Source of the DNA: a virus
Taxonomy: Duplodnaviria > Caudoviricetes
Virus record (IMG/VR): IMGVR_UViG_3300037440_000098
Coordinates: 1-60,613 of that record
Strand: one strand, 5' to 3'
DNA length: 60,613 bases
Part shown: in pieces, positions 8,301-17,737 of the stretch
Numbering within the stretch: the stretch's first letter is position 1
Layout of the letters: every line of letters begins with the position of its first letter
Translations under genes and position numbers: made by a program
The notes under the pieces: model-generated
The model's input: the letters and a program-made list of their open reading frames with translations, nothing else
What the model was told of the DNA's origin: nothing
Databases searched by the model: none

Positions 8301-9490
8301 GTGAATGCCCGAATTTGACGAGTATGCGTGTCCAATGGTGAATCAGACTCTATTCACCACGAGTGAATAGGGTCATATTCCTTTTCGTTATAAACGACGT
8401 GAGCTGCGGTTATGGTCCCTATTCACTAAAAGCTGTAGCTAATTCACCGAGGAATACCGCTCGGTAATAGTGAATAGGATATAGCAAACTCTCTAATCTA
8501 TATAAGAGTTATATATTTAATTATAGTGAATAAGGTGGGTAGAGCTGTACCTTATTCCTATTCACTACGGAGAGATTAAGAGAGGGTCTAGGCGACACGC
8601 ATTTTTGCTACGACAATTCGGACACCTATGGTGAATAGCGTTTCCGTTATGGGTGTTGTAAGTAACGAGCCGTTATCAAATTGGGCCTTGTTCACTACAA
8701 TCATGGTGAATATGGCGTTGTTCACTGCAATGGTGAATGCGGCGTTATTCACTTGGGTGAATAGGGAATAAGGTAGGGCGGCTGTAGTGAATAGGGTATG
8801 AGTGACAGGTGAATATGGCGTTGTTCACCTCGATGAATAAGGCCATAGCCAATGGTGAACAAGCCGATATCTGTAGCGTATTCACTGTTTTGGTGGTGAA
8901 CAAAGGATGCCGCTATTCACGGTCGTTGGTATCGGGCCGGTAACAGTTTTGATTGTCACCGTTATGTACGTTATTCACTACGGGAAGGGTGAATACGGCC
9001 TAGGTGAATATGGCGTTATTCATTGTTGGGTGCGCGTGAAATAGGTAGTCGTTATTCACGTGCTAGTGAATGTGGCTGTATTCACTAGGGATGTGGTGAA
9101 TACGGTCATGGTGAATAACGTCAATGGTGAATAAGGTATAGTGAATAGGTGTATTTCACTAGCGCGAGAATTGACGCTGACATGACACGTGATGTGAATA
9201 GGCATGTGGTGAATAAAGCCTATGTGAATACGCGCACGGCTCTGTGCCTATTCACACCCTGACTACAATAGGTGTATTACCCATGCATGTAGGTGAATAG
9301 CATAGTCACTATTCACTGCTAATGGTGATGTGACACATAGTCAGAGTGAAGTGATGCAGCATCAGATGAGTGAATTGGAATGCTCGCAGCAATGGCGCAG
9401 CAATGGCCGTGTGCCTATTCACTCGATAATGTAGGTGAATAGGGATGGAATGAATTCGAGTGAATAAGAAACCACGTGAAATGCCGGTGT
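8301..9490. repeat. AT-rich array of GTGAATA/TATTCAC heptamers; candidate origin or packaging region
   Basis: About 32 exact copies counted by eye plus variants, in both orientations; very AT-rich core at about 8488-8532. Confidence 0.85.
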
Positions 9491-9623
9491 GAAAAACCAT
9501 ATTCAGTACCCAATTCTGATAAAAGCTGGGTGGTGATACCTATGTGTCCATCAATGCGAAATTTTTCCTGGCTGCGACATCTACACGGATTTGTCCCATT
9601 TGTAACGCGGTATGCTCAGGAAC

Positions 9624-10292
9624 ATGGACACTCTCACCGAAGAACTCGTCACGCTGCGGGCCAAGGGCCGCACGTGGGCGCAGATCGAGGCAGAGTCGGG
9701 GATTCCGGCGGCGCAGGCTGCTGTGCGGGTGCAGGAGTACCTGCGTACGAGTTACACCGACACCACTGTCACCGATGCGCGCCAGCTCCAGATCAGGCGG
9801 CTGGAGATGTTGATGGGCTACCTGTGGGAACAGGTAGAGCCAGGCGACTTCCTGACGCAAGGCAGGAACACCACCAACCTCATCAACGTCATTCAGCAGG
9901 TCACCGACCTGCTCGACCTCAAGAGCGACCGACTGCGAGATGCGCAGATACAGCTCACCCAAGAACAGGGTGGACTCATTCTGGTGCTTCTTCAGGCTGT
10001 ACAGGCAACGCTCATGGAAGACATCCTGAGCCTGCTGACCGCGCAATCCGAGTACAACGCCAACACCGGCAAGCGTGGGATAGAGGACATCACCGGCTTC
10101 CGCGCCACGCTCGAACGTGACTGGAGCGGGTGGTTCGCCAGCGCGGCCGACAAGGCGCTCGATGAGGCCGGAGCCGACAGCAACAGCGCGACTGCTTCGA
10201 TGCAGCACGAGCTGGCCCGACCGCGCACCTCAGTACCCGGCAACACCATCAAGGGCGAGATCACAAGGGGAAGGTCGGGCAACCGTGGCTAA
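9624..10292 (+). CDS. putative terminase small subunit (N-terminal HTH); alternative start 9612
   Basis: LVTLRAKGRTWAQIEAESGI HTH-like segment; position upstream of the large terminase. Confidence 0.65.
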   Translation: MDTLTEELVTLRAKGRTWAQIEAESGIPAAQAAVRVQEYLRTSYTDTTVTDARQLQIRRLEMLMGYLWEQVEPGDFLTQGRNTTNLINVIQQVTDLLDLKSDRLRDAQIQLTQEQGGLILVLLQAVQATLMEDILSLLTAQSEYNANTGKRGIEDITGFRATLERDWSGWFASAADKALDEAGADSNSATASMQHELARPRTSVPGNTIKGEITRGRSGNRG

Positions 10293-10581
10293 GGGAGACG
10301 GAGCGGCCGGACACAACATCGACCGGGCTTTGTACCAGCCGGAGAAGCAGAAGCCGGTCATAGACAAGCTCGGAGCCATGGTGGGCAACGCCATCGCGTG
10401 GGATGGCTGTGTGCCTGACACCACGCCGTGCGGGGCCTGTGCAGCCTGTCGGCATCGCGCGTCCGTCCGTGTGGTCGGCGAGGCGCTGGAGGACGAGGCA
10501 CACGCCCCGTGGACGCTTCAGGAGACAGCGCGGGTGCTCTGCGCGCTCGGGCTGAAGCTGGACCGCCAGGAGGCCGCGTGA
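10285..10581 (+). CDS. small CxxCxxC protein between the terminase subunits
   Basis: GTG 10285; PCGACAAC motif; TGATG overlap with terL. Confidence 0.6.
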   Translation: MAKGDGAAGHNIDRALYQPEKQKPVIDKLGAMVGNAIAWDGCVPDTTPCGACAACRHRASVRVVGEALEDEAHAPWTLQETARVLCALGLKLDRQEAA

Positions 10582-13130
10582 TGGCGATCGACCCGACGAT
10601 CAGGGCACAGCTCAAAGCTGAGTTCGCGCAGGCGAAGAAGGCTTCGAACTACGCCAAGGACCCCGGCTTGTGGGCGAAGGACAAGTTGGGGGTGCATCTG
10701 TGGTCGAAGCAGCAGAACATCACCGACTCGGTGCGTGACCACAAGCGCACGGTGGTCGCGTCATGTCACGGTTCGGGGAAAGCGCTTACCCTGGATACGC
10801 CGCTGCGGAAGCCCAACGACACGTGGACGACCATGGGAGACGTGCGGGTAGGGGATTGGCTCTGCGACGAGCAGTACCGACCCACCCAGGTGGTCGGAGT
10901 AACAGCCGTCGAGGAGCGCAAGACCCTTGAGGTGTACTTCATCCACACCAACCGGCCCGAGCCGGGCACATCACCCACGGGCATGGGGACTCCTGCGGTA
11001 CTCGTAACCAGCCATGAGCATGAGTGGCAGGTGCTGGGCAGCCAAGAACGTAGCCGCATCCAGGTGATCTGCGGCCGTCACGGCATCAAGCAGCCTGACT
11101 GGTCTTACTGGATGCACCGCACCGAGACCATGGAGAGCATGGGCATGGCGCGGAGGGTAAGCAGGTTTGCTGGGATGCAGGTGGACCGGCCGCTCGTGCC
11201 AGCAGCGCGGCATCTCCAGACGGCGCACAGCTACGGCATCAACCTGGCGACGTTCGGGAACGCCCATGTGGACGACCTCTTCGAGCGGTTCGGCGGAGCC
11301 GACGCACAGGGCCGTCTGTGCCTTCGTGTGCCGGTCAATCTGCCCTCGGGGGCGCTCACCGAGAAGGGCAGGAAGGACGCGGGGATACCGCAGCAGATCA
11401 CGAAGGCGCGGGAATGGCTGGGTCAGGCCGGACACAAGACCATTCTGAGCAAGGAACGTAAGGGCTACACCCTCACGTTCACCTTGAGCATCACCTCGGA
11501 CCCGCGTCCTCTGCTGGCTGAGTTCGTGCCGAATGGGTACGACGGCGGCATGGGCCTCAACGTGGACGACATCCAGGCCATCATCCTCAATGCGTGGGAT
11601 GAGCGGAATGGGATCAAGCCATTGGGTGGGTGGTTGCTGGCGAGGGTAGATCACGGACGGCCGCAGAAGGTCAAGTGCGTGGAGGTAGACGGCGACAGCC
11701 ACATCTACCTGGCCGGACGTAACGACGTGCCCACCCACAACAGCATGATCGCGTCGGTCATCGCGGCGTGGTGGGTGGATGTACACCCGCCTGGCACCGC
11801 CATCGTGGTCTCGACTGCGCCGACGTACGCACAGGTCCACGCCATTCTGTGGGAAGAGATCAGGAAGCACCACGCTACAGCCAAAGACCGCAGCATGGCG
11901 CTGCCAGGCACCATCACCATGGCCGACAACTGGAACCTGGCCAGCGGTCAGATCGTCGGGTTCGGGCGCAAGCCCAAGGATGGGGACCGACACGCCTTCC
12001 AGGGCATCCACCGTAGGTACGTGCTGGCCATTCTGGACGAGGCATGTGGCGTACCAGAGGAACTGTGGACTGGTGCGGAGGCGATCACCACCAACGAGGG
12101 GTGTCGCATCCTGGCCATCGGGAACCCGGACGACCGAGAGACGGAGTTCGGTAAGAACTTCTGCGACCCGGCCACGGCACAGGACTGGAACAGGATCAGC
12201 ATCCCTGCCAGCTCGACACCGAACCTCACCGGTGAGCCTGTGCCTCCGCTGCTGAACGAGGTGCTGGTCTCCAAGGCGTGGTGCGACGAGCGCCTTCGTG
12301 CGTGGGGAGAAGACGACCCGAGGTACATCTCGAAGGTCTTGGCCGAGTTCCCCGAGGCGAACGCAGCCAGCCTGTTCTCACCCACCGTCATCGCCACCGC
12401 GTTCGAGGAAGCTGGCCGAAAGCTGGACGGACCGCCGTTCACGCTTCAGTTCGGGGTGGACGTGGCCAGGTACGGCGGCGACCTCAACGTCCTCACCATG
12501 TTCGACGGGGTACGCGCCACCATCCTCGACTCGTGGGGAGGCACCGACACCGTGTCTTCGGCAGGTCGTGTGCTCATGCGGGTGGCGGAGGAAGTCAAGG
12601 ACCGCAAGGCACAGCACGCTGACATCCGCGTGGACGCGGTCGGCCTCGGTGCTGGTGTGGTGGACACCCTGGCTGCGCGGCGGGCGGAGCTGGAACAGGA
12701 ATTGCTGCCTGCGGGAATGCAGCCGTGGTTCACGGTGCGAGAGATGCACGGGTCGGCGGCGGCCCCCAAGGATGTGGGTGGCTCGATCCAGGGCTATGGC
12801 AACGCTCGTGCATGGTGGTACGACCAGCTCAAGCACCTCATGCGGTCTGGTGCCATCGAGATCGTGGAACACGCTCTGCTCAAGGACGAGCTGGGCGGAG
12901 TCCGGTACGAGTACAAGAACGGTAAGCTGTACATCGAAAGCAAGGAGGACATCAGGAAGCGCAACGGGAAGTCGCCGGACTACACCGACAGCCTGGTTTA
13001 TGCGACAGCTCCTGTGCATGAAGGGCTTTCGCCAGGTGACACAGTGTCAGAAGACGCTCACAGCCTGGCGGTTGCTGAGTTCGATCTCGAAGCGGAGATG
13101 CTGCGCGACATCAGCATCTCGCCATTCTGA
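10581..13130 (+). CDS. terL: terminase large subunit containing an intein
   Basis: Walker A SCHGSGK|S, Walker B AILDEACG, LAIGNP, nuclease GVDVARYGGD, SPDYTDSL. Confidence 0.95.
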   Translation: MAIDPTIRAQLKAEFAQAKKASNYAKDPGLWAKDKLGVHLWSKQQNITDSVRDHKRTVVASCHGSGKALTLDTPLRKPNDTWTTMGDVRVGDWLCDEQYRPTQVVGVTAVEERKTLEVYFIHTNRPEPGTSPTGMGTPAVLVTSHEHEWQVLGSQERSRIQVICGRHGIKQPDWSYWMHRTETMESMGMARRVSRFAGMQVDRPLVPAARHLQTAHSYGINLATFGNAHVDDLFERFGGADAQGRLCLRVPVNLPSGALTEKGRKDAGIPQQITKAREWLGQAGHKTILSKERKGYTLTFTLSITSDPRPLLAEFVPNGYDGGMGLNVDDIQAIILNAWDERNGIKPLGGWLLARVDHGRPQKVKCVEVDGDSHIYLAGRNDVPTHNSMIASVIAAWWVDVHPPGTAIVVSTAPTYAQVHAILWEEIRKHHATAKDRSMALPGTITMADNWNLASGQIVGFGRKPKDGDRHAFQGIHRRYVLAILDEACGVPEELWTGAEAITTNEGCRILAIGNPDDRETEFGKNFCDPATAQDWNRISIPASSTPNLTGEPVPPLLNEVLVSKAWCDERLRAWGEDDPRYISKVLAEFPEANAASLFSPTVIATAFEEAGRKLDGPPFTLQFGVDVARYGGDLNVLTMFDGVRATILDSWGGTDTVSSAGRVLMRVAEEVKDRKAQHADIRVDAVGLGAGVVDTLAARRAELEQELLPAGMQPWFTVREMHGSAAAPKDVGGSIQGYGNARAWWYDQLKHLMRSGAIEIVEHALLKDELGGVRYEYKNGKLYIESKEDIRKRNGKSPDYTDSLVYATAPVHEGLSPGDTVSEDAHSLAVAEFDLEAEMLRDISISPF
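10782..11741 (+). mobile_element. class 3 intein (320 aa) inserted in the Walker A motif
   Basis: Starts ALTLDTPL; block B TSHEHEW; block F VKCVEVD; ends VPTHN before Ser+1. Confidence 0.9.
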
Positions 13131-13223
13131 CCGGATCTTGACGCCAGCGGGCGGGCGGCCGATGCACTGCACAGAGAGTTATGGTGCAATGGTGAATCAC
13201 AGTTCGAGGAAGGGGATCACAGC

Positions 13224-14321
13224 GTGAAGCTCGTGTCTCGAAGCCAGTGGGGAGCACGGCCGTCGAAGGGCTCGCTCACCTACATCGGCAGTACCCGAGG
13301 GGTCAAGGTCCACTACGAGGGGACCTACGTACCCAAGTCGCTGGCCAACGCGGACCAGCACAGCAAGTGCGATGACCGGATGCGGGACATCCAGGCCAGC
13401 CACCTGAACCACCCCACGGAGAACTACTCCGACATCGCGTACAACTACATGGTCTGTCCTCACGGCTACGTGTACGAGGGCCGGGGATACCACAAGAAGA
13501 CCGGCGCGAACGGCAACCAGACCCTGAACGGTCTCGACTACGCGGTGTGTGCCATGGTCGGCAGCTCCGGCCTGGTGTACCCCACCGACGCACAGCTCAA
13601 CGGCATCGTGGACGCCATCGAGCTGCTGCGCGACAAGGGCGATGCGGGTGACTGGGTCGGCGGTCACCGTGATGGCCACGCCACGGCTTGCCCCGGAGGA
13701 CCCCTGTACGCGTGGGTGAAGGACGGCGCGAACCGGCCGGGCGGCGACAGCCCCCAGGGTGGTACGGGTCCGGAGATCCCCGCCGACGACACCGGCAGCA
13801 TCGCGCGGTACCAAGTCACCATCGGTGGTCTGAAGTACGGCTACGGTGCGACTGGCGTGCACATCACCAAGGTCGGCCAGGCCCTCGTGAAGGCCGGGTT
13901 CGGCAAGCACTACAAGGTCGGCCCCGGTCCGGAGTGGTCCGACGCTGACACCCTGAACTACAGCGACTACCAGAAGTCGCTGGGCTACAAGGGAACGTCC
14001 CCCCACCAGGACGCCGATGGCGTTCCTGGCGAGGTCACGCTGAAGAAGCTGCTGGGCACCATCCCGGCCAAGGCGGCGACCACGCCGAAGTTCCCCGGAA
14101 GCGACTACTTCGGCCGGGGCGAGAAGAACAAGTACGTGACCCTCTTGGGCCAGCAGCTCGTACGTAAGGGCTACGGCAGCTACTACAAGGTGGGTCCGGG
14201 GCCGTCGTGGTCCGACGCGGACCGTCGCGCCGTTGCGGCTTTCCAGCGGAACCACAAGGCCCTTGCGGGGGACGCGGACGGATACCCCGGTCCGCTCACG
14301 TGGAAGATCCTGTTCTCGTAG
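13224..14321 (+). CDS. endolysin: N-acetylmuramoyl-L-alanine amidase plus two peptidoglycan-binding repeats
   Basis: SRSQWGAR, DIAYNYMV..G.VYEGRG, GHRD..TACPG; duplicated YKVGPGP.WSDAD and ADG.PG modules. Confidence 0.92.
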   Translation: MKLVSRSQWGARPSKGSLTYIGSTRGVKVHYEGTYVPKSLANADQHSKCDDRMRDIQASHLNHPTENYSDIAYNYMVCPHGYVYEGRGYHKKTGANGNQTLNGLDYAVCAMVGSSGLVYPTDAQLNGIVDAIELLRDKGDAGDWVGGHRDGHATACPGGPLYAWVKDGANRPGGDSPQGGTGPEIPADDTGSIARYQVTIGGLKYGYGATGVHITKVGQALVKAGFGKHYKVGPGPEWSDADTLNYSDYQKSLGYKGTSPHQDADGVPGEVTLKKLLGTIPAKAATTPKFPGSDYFGRGEKNKYVTLLGQQLVRKGYGSYYKVGPGPSWSDADRRAVAAFQRNHKALAGDADGYPGPLTWKILFS

Positions 14322-14351
14322 AGGCAGGGTCAGGTGACAAAGGAGGACTCC

Positions 14352-14573
14352 ATGTTGATGGAGTGGAAGCGGGTCATCCGCACCGTAGTCCAGGTGGTCG
14401 TGCCGCTCGCGGTGGTGCTGCCCGAGATCGTGGAGGCGTCCGGCGTCAACGACTCGCTGCCGTGGGTGGCCGGTGCCATCGCCGGTTCGGCGGCCCTGAC
14501 CAGGATCATGGCCGTCCCCCAGGTGCAGAAGTGGCTGCTCTGGCTGAACACCGAGGAGGACGCTGACCGATGA
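14352..14573 (+). CDS. holin (two TM helices)
   Basis: RVIRTVVQ..TRIMAVPQV..WL pattern; directly after endolysin; SD AGGAGG. Confidence 0.8.
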   Translation: MLMEWKRVIRTVVQVVVPLAVVLPEIVEASGVNDSLPWVAGAIAGSAALTRIMAVPQVQKWLLWLNTEEDADR

Positions 14574-14836
14574 CACCTCCGGGCGACGACCACGTGGTCA
14601 CGCTCCGGGACATCTACCTCGTCGGGGTTGACACCCGAGAGAAGGTGATCGCCGTGCAGGGCCAGGTTGCAAATCTCCAGGCTGAGCAAGGCGAGACCAA
14701 GGAAGAGGTAGAGAAGGTGGCCGACCGAGTGTCGGTTCTGGAGAGGGGCCACTCCAAGATCATCGGTGCGGCAGTGGGGGCGGCCACCATCGCGGGGACC
14801 GCCACCACCGTCATCGGGTGGGCCATCACCAAGTGA
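14570..14836 (+). CDS. lysis-cassette membrane protein (coiled coil plus C-terminal TM)
   Basis: VTLRDIY..RVSVLE followed by a hydrophobic C-terminus; ATGA overlap. Confidence 0.7.
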   Translation: MTPPGDDHVVTLRDIYLVGVDTREKVIAVQGQVANLQAEQGETKEEVEKVADRVSVLERGHSKIIGAAVGAATIAGTATTVIGWAITK

Positions 14837-14843
14837 GGCCCGA

Positions 14844-14883
14844 GACGAGCCCCGGCTGAGTTCCTACCAGCCGGGGCTTCGTC
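14844..14883. terminator. bidirectional terminator between convergent genes
   Basis: agccccggctg...cagccggggct. Confidence 0.7.
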
Positions 14884-15781
14884 ATGCCTGCCGTCGTCGG
14901 TGCTCCTCCTGGATGGCCAGAGCCACCAGGCTGAACTTGTCCAGAACCGACTTGATCTGCTCTCGCAGGCCAAGCGAGTAGCAGTACAGCAGCCAATCCT
15001 CGTAGCTGTCTTCCCGCCGTGGGCGAGTCATGAGAAGAGTGGACGGCGGTGTCGGACGTACACCGCGCATCCGCATCATGGCTTCGCGCTCCAGGGCAAC
15101 TCGGTCGTACTCACGCTTCAGCTCGACGTTCGGGCCATAGTGCGGGTTCGACTCGCGAAGTCCGGGATTGTGGTACAGGTGAACCAGCGGGATGTGCTCG
15201 TACCGCAGGTGCGGACCGAGGATGGTGTCGGCACACACGCCAAACGCCGAGTCCTCTGCGCCCCAGCCGGTGAAGCGTGGATCGAATCCACCAGTAGCCA
15301 GGAAGTGCTGCACAGAGATGACGAAGAGGCCGCCGCCCGCCATGCCTCGGTAAGAGCCACGGACGAGCGGGCTCGTCGGCACCTTCAGGCGCGGGCCTGG
15401 CTGGCGCTTCAGCAGCTCCGCAGTGGGCTCCGCACGGAGACGGAGCACACGGCCGTGCGGGACGATCCACGGGGCGACCACGGCCTGCCTCGCGGCCGTC
15501 TTGAGCCGGTCGGCCAGCGGGAACACGTCGGTGTCGGAGACGACGACCACCTGAGCGCCCATGGCCTTGGCCAAGTTGACCCCGTAGTTGATGGCGGTCG
15601 GCTTGTTCCACTTACCTCCGCCACCATCGGTGTGGATGAGATCCCATTCGGGATGCATCTCCGCGTACCATTCGGTGACCCATGCCTTGCTGCGCTGCCT
15701 GTCCTCATCGCCCTGGTCCTTCCAGGGGAAGACGACGGCGACCTGTGGATCTGTGTCCTCGCCGTTGATGAGGTCCGTCAT
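14882..15781 (-). CDS. glycosyltransferase (GT-A fold, GT2/GT7-like)
   Basis: VVFPW, SDTD (DxD), GGFDPRFTGWGAED, HLYH. Confidence 0.88.
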   Translation of the reverse strand: MTDLINGEDTDPQVAVVFPWKDQGDEDRQRSKAWVTEWYAEMHPEWDLIHTDGGGGKWNKPTAINYGVNLAKAMGAQVVVVSDTDVFPLADRLKTAARQAVVAPWIVPHGRVLRLRAEPTAELLKRQPGPRLKVPTSPLVRGSYRGMAGGGLFVISVQHFLATGGFDPRFTGWGAEDSAFGVCADTILGPHLRYEHIPLVHLYHNPGLRESNPHYGPNVELKREYDRVALEREAMMRMRGVRPTPPSTLLMTRPRREDSYEDWLLYCYSLGLREQIKSVLDKFSLVALAIQEEHRRRQA

Positions 15782-16386
15782 GCCGCCCGCTCCAGCACAG
15801 CGAAGCGGTCGCTGTCCTCGTGGTACACGGAGAAGATCCAGTCTCCGTACTCCAAGGTGTCCTGGACCAGCTCCTTCACGGCGCGGTTTACCTGCGGCGA
15901 GTTGTAGTCATCGAAGACCATGTACCCGCCGATGCGAACCTTGGCAGCCCACAGCTCGATGTCTTTCTTGACCATCGGGTACTTGTGGCTGCCATCCACG
16001 TAGATCATGCCGACCGGACTCGGAGAGTTCCAGCGCTTGGCCGCGTCCTCGCTGAACCCGTGGAACTCGGTGATCTCGTGCGTCATGCCGCACTTGACGA
16101 CGTTCTCGCGGAACAGCTCGTGTGCCTGTGCGCGCGTCTGCGCGATGGTCAGGCCGGTGCCGGTGATTGGCACATCGAGCAGTTCCCACGGGTCCACGCT
16201 GTACAGGTGGAGAATGCCGGGGTGCTTCTGGATACCGCGACCCATGAAGCATGAGGACTTCCCGGTGAAGGGACCGATCTCGATGACGCAGTCGCCTGCG
16301 GTCAGGTTGGAGATCATGGCTTCCAGGAAGATGCCATCCTCATTGCGGATCAGACCCGGTACGTTCTCGGGCTTCTTGTATGCCAT
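15778..16386 (-). CDS. class I SAM-dependent methyltransferase (Methyltransf_24-like)
   Basis: VIEIGPFTGKS, YSVDPW, IYVDGSHKY, GGYMVFDDY. Confidence 0.88.
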   Translation of the reverse strand: MAYKKPENVPGLIRNEDGIFLEAMISNLTAGDCVIEIGPFTGKSSCFMGRGIQKHPGILHLYSVDPWELLDVPITGTGLTIAQTRAQAHELFRENVVKCGMTHEITEFHGFSEDAAKRWNSPSPVGMIYVDGSHKYPMVKKDIELWAAKVRIGGYMVFDDYNSPQVNRAVKELVQDTLEYGDWIFSVYHEDSDRFAVLERAA

Positions 16387-17063
16387 TACAGTGCCTCCAG
16401 CACGTTGAGAAGTCGTTCCTGCGCGAGGCCGAATCCGTCGGTCACGCCCATCGCGTAGTCCACCCACTTCAGGTCACCACCGATGACCTTGTGGTACGGC
16501 AGCCGCATTGCCGGGATGCCCAGCGACTCGGCCACGATCAGGCCGTGCAGACTACTGCTCAGGATGCGGTCGCACTTACTGATCTCCCAGATGACCTCGT
16601 GCGGCGGAGCCGTCACGTCGATGACCACGTCGGCGTAGGAGAAGGCGCGGTTGTCGATGTAGTGCGGCACAACGCCCAGCCTCTGTGCCTGACGCGGAGC
16701 TGTCTCATAGAGCGTCCCGGCCAGAATGCCGGGGTCACCCAGCGGGATGTCGCCGATGTTGTGCTTGCTGCTCTCGTTCAAGGCACGTCGTGTGAGTTCA
16801 CCACGCAGCGCCCTGATGTCGAGGTGCTTCACGTTCGGCAGTGGCTTCAAGCCCATGTGCATGGAGCCCACCCCGGCGACGATGCAGCCACGCGGTGCCA
16901 CGGTCAGCTTCTCCAAGATGGAGCCGCAAACGGCCACCTCCGCTGTTTGCGGCGTGGCGCGAACCACGTTGTGCCCCAGACGACGGAGGATGTCCGGCCC
17001 CAGCTCGTCACCGAAGTTTGCGACGCCCGGCTTGTCCCATGCGTACACCGCGAGGGTGCTCAT
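16386..17063 (-). CDS. polysaccharide pyruvyltransferase family protein
   Basis: NFGDELGP, GSIL, ALRGELT, GDPGIL, GVVPHY, SSSLHGLIVAESLGIP. Confidence 0.88.
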   Translation of the reverse strand: MSTLAVYAWDKPGVANFGDELGPDILRRLGHNVVRATPQTAEVAVCGSILEKLTVAPRGCIVAGVGSMHMGLKPLPNVKHLDIRALRGELTRRALNESSKHNIGDIPLGDPGILAGTLYETAPRQAQRLGVVPHYIDNRAFSYADVVIDVTAPPHEVIWEISKCDRILSSSLHGLIVAESLGIPAMRLPYHKVIGGDLKWVDYAMGVTDGFGLAQERLLNVLEAL

Positions 17064-17694
17064 TCCTTTTTCTCCCATGCGTCGAGTAGAAGTAGTGCTC
17101 TGCGTAGATGTTTCCCTTGTACCGCAAGGCGGCCTTGTTGACCGAACCCATTTTGGTGCGGGGGTGGAATGCAGGTGACGGCACCAGCGTGACACAGCTC
17201 GGGCGGAAGTGCGTGTTCCTGATGTGATCGAACAGACCCGCTCCTGTCTTCTGCCACGAAGGATGGATGTAGTCACCCACTTCGCAGAGGTGGCCGACGT
17301 AGGACTGCATCACCGCGTTACCCGGCTCGCAACCCATCGCGGCGTTCTGTGACCTGTTCGGATCGTGAGGAGACTGACTGATCCACATCTTCGAGCCCAT
17401 GAAGGGCGCACCCTGCATAGTCTTGATGCAGACCATATCGGCGTCGATGTAGACGCCACCCTCAAGCATCAGGATCAGCACACGAGCGACGTTGACCGCA
17501 CCGCAGTAGCGCTCATCGGCGATGTACTGGTCGTAGACCTTCCTGGCTCCGGTCGGCCAGGCCAGTTGATCTATGTCTTCCTCACGCCAGAGCCGGTAAC
17601 CCCAGGCGGGATGCATCTCAGGCCAGGTATCACACCAGTCAGTCGGCACAGGGTCAGGACCGATCCATACCTGATGGATGTATTGCGGGATCAT
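17008..17694 (-). CDS. DxD glycosyltransferase (GT32-like)
   Basis: MIPQYIHQVWIG, HPAWGYRLW, EGGVYIDADM. Confidence 0.88.
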   Translation of the reverse strand: MIPQYIHQVWIGPDPVPTDWCDTWPEMHPAWGYRLWREEDIDQLAWPTGARKVYDQYIADERYCGAVNVARVLILMLEGGVYIDADMVCIKTMQGAPFMGSKMWISQSPHDPNRSQNAAMGCEPGNAVMQSYVGHLCEVGDYIHPSWQKTGAGLFDHIRNTHFRPSCVTLVPSPAFHPRTKMGSVNKAALRYKGNIYAEHYFYSTHGRKRNEHPRGVRMGQAGRRKLR

Positions 17695-17737
17695 TCCCAG
17701 CTCCTTTTCCCTGGATTACGGGTCTATTATTCAGCAC

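Noticed and set aside
8301-9490. CRISPR array
   Set aside because: The repeat is only 7 bp, occurs in both orientations with irregular short spacing, and there is no cas operon.
13224-14836. Lysis cassette between terminase and portal as a novelty
   Set aside because: Lysis genes near the packaging genes are a known arrangement in actinobacteriophages.
15778-16386. DNA methyltransferase acting on AGGCACAG
   Set aside because: It lacks DPPY/NPPY or PC catalytic motifs and resembles small-molecule or sugar O-methyltransferases within a glycan operon.
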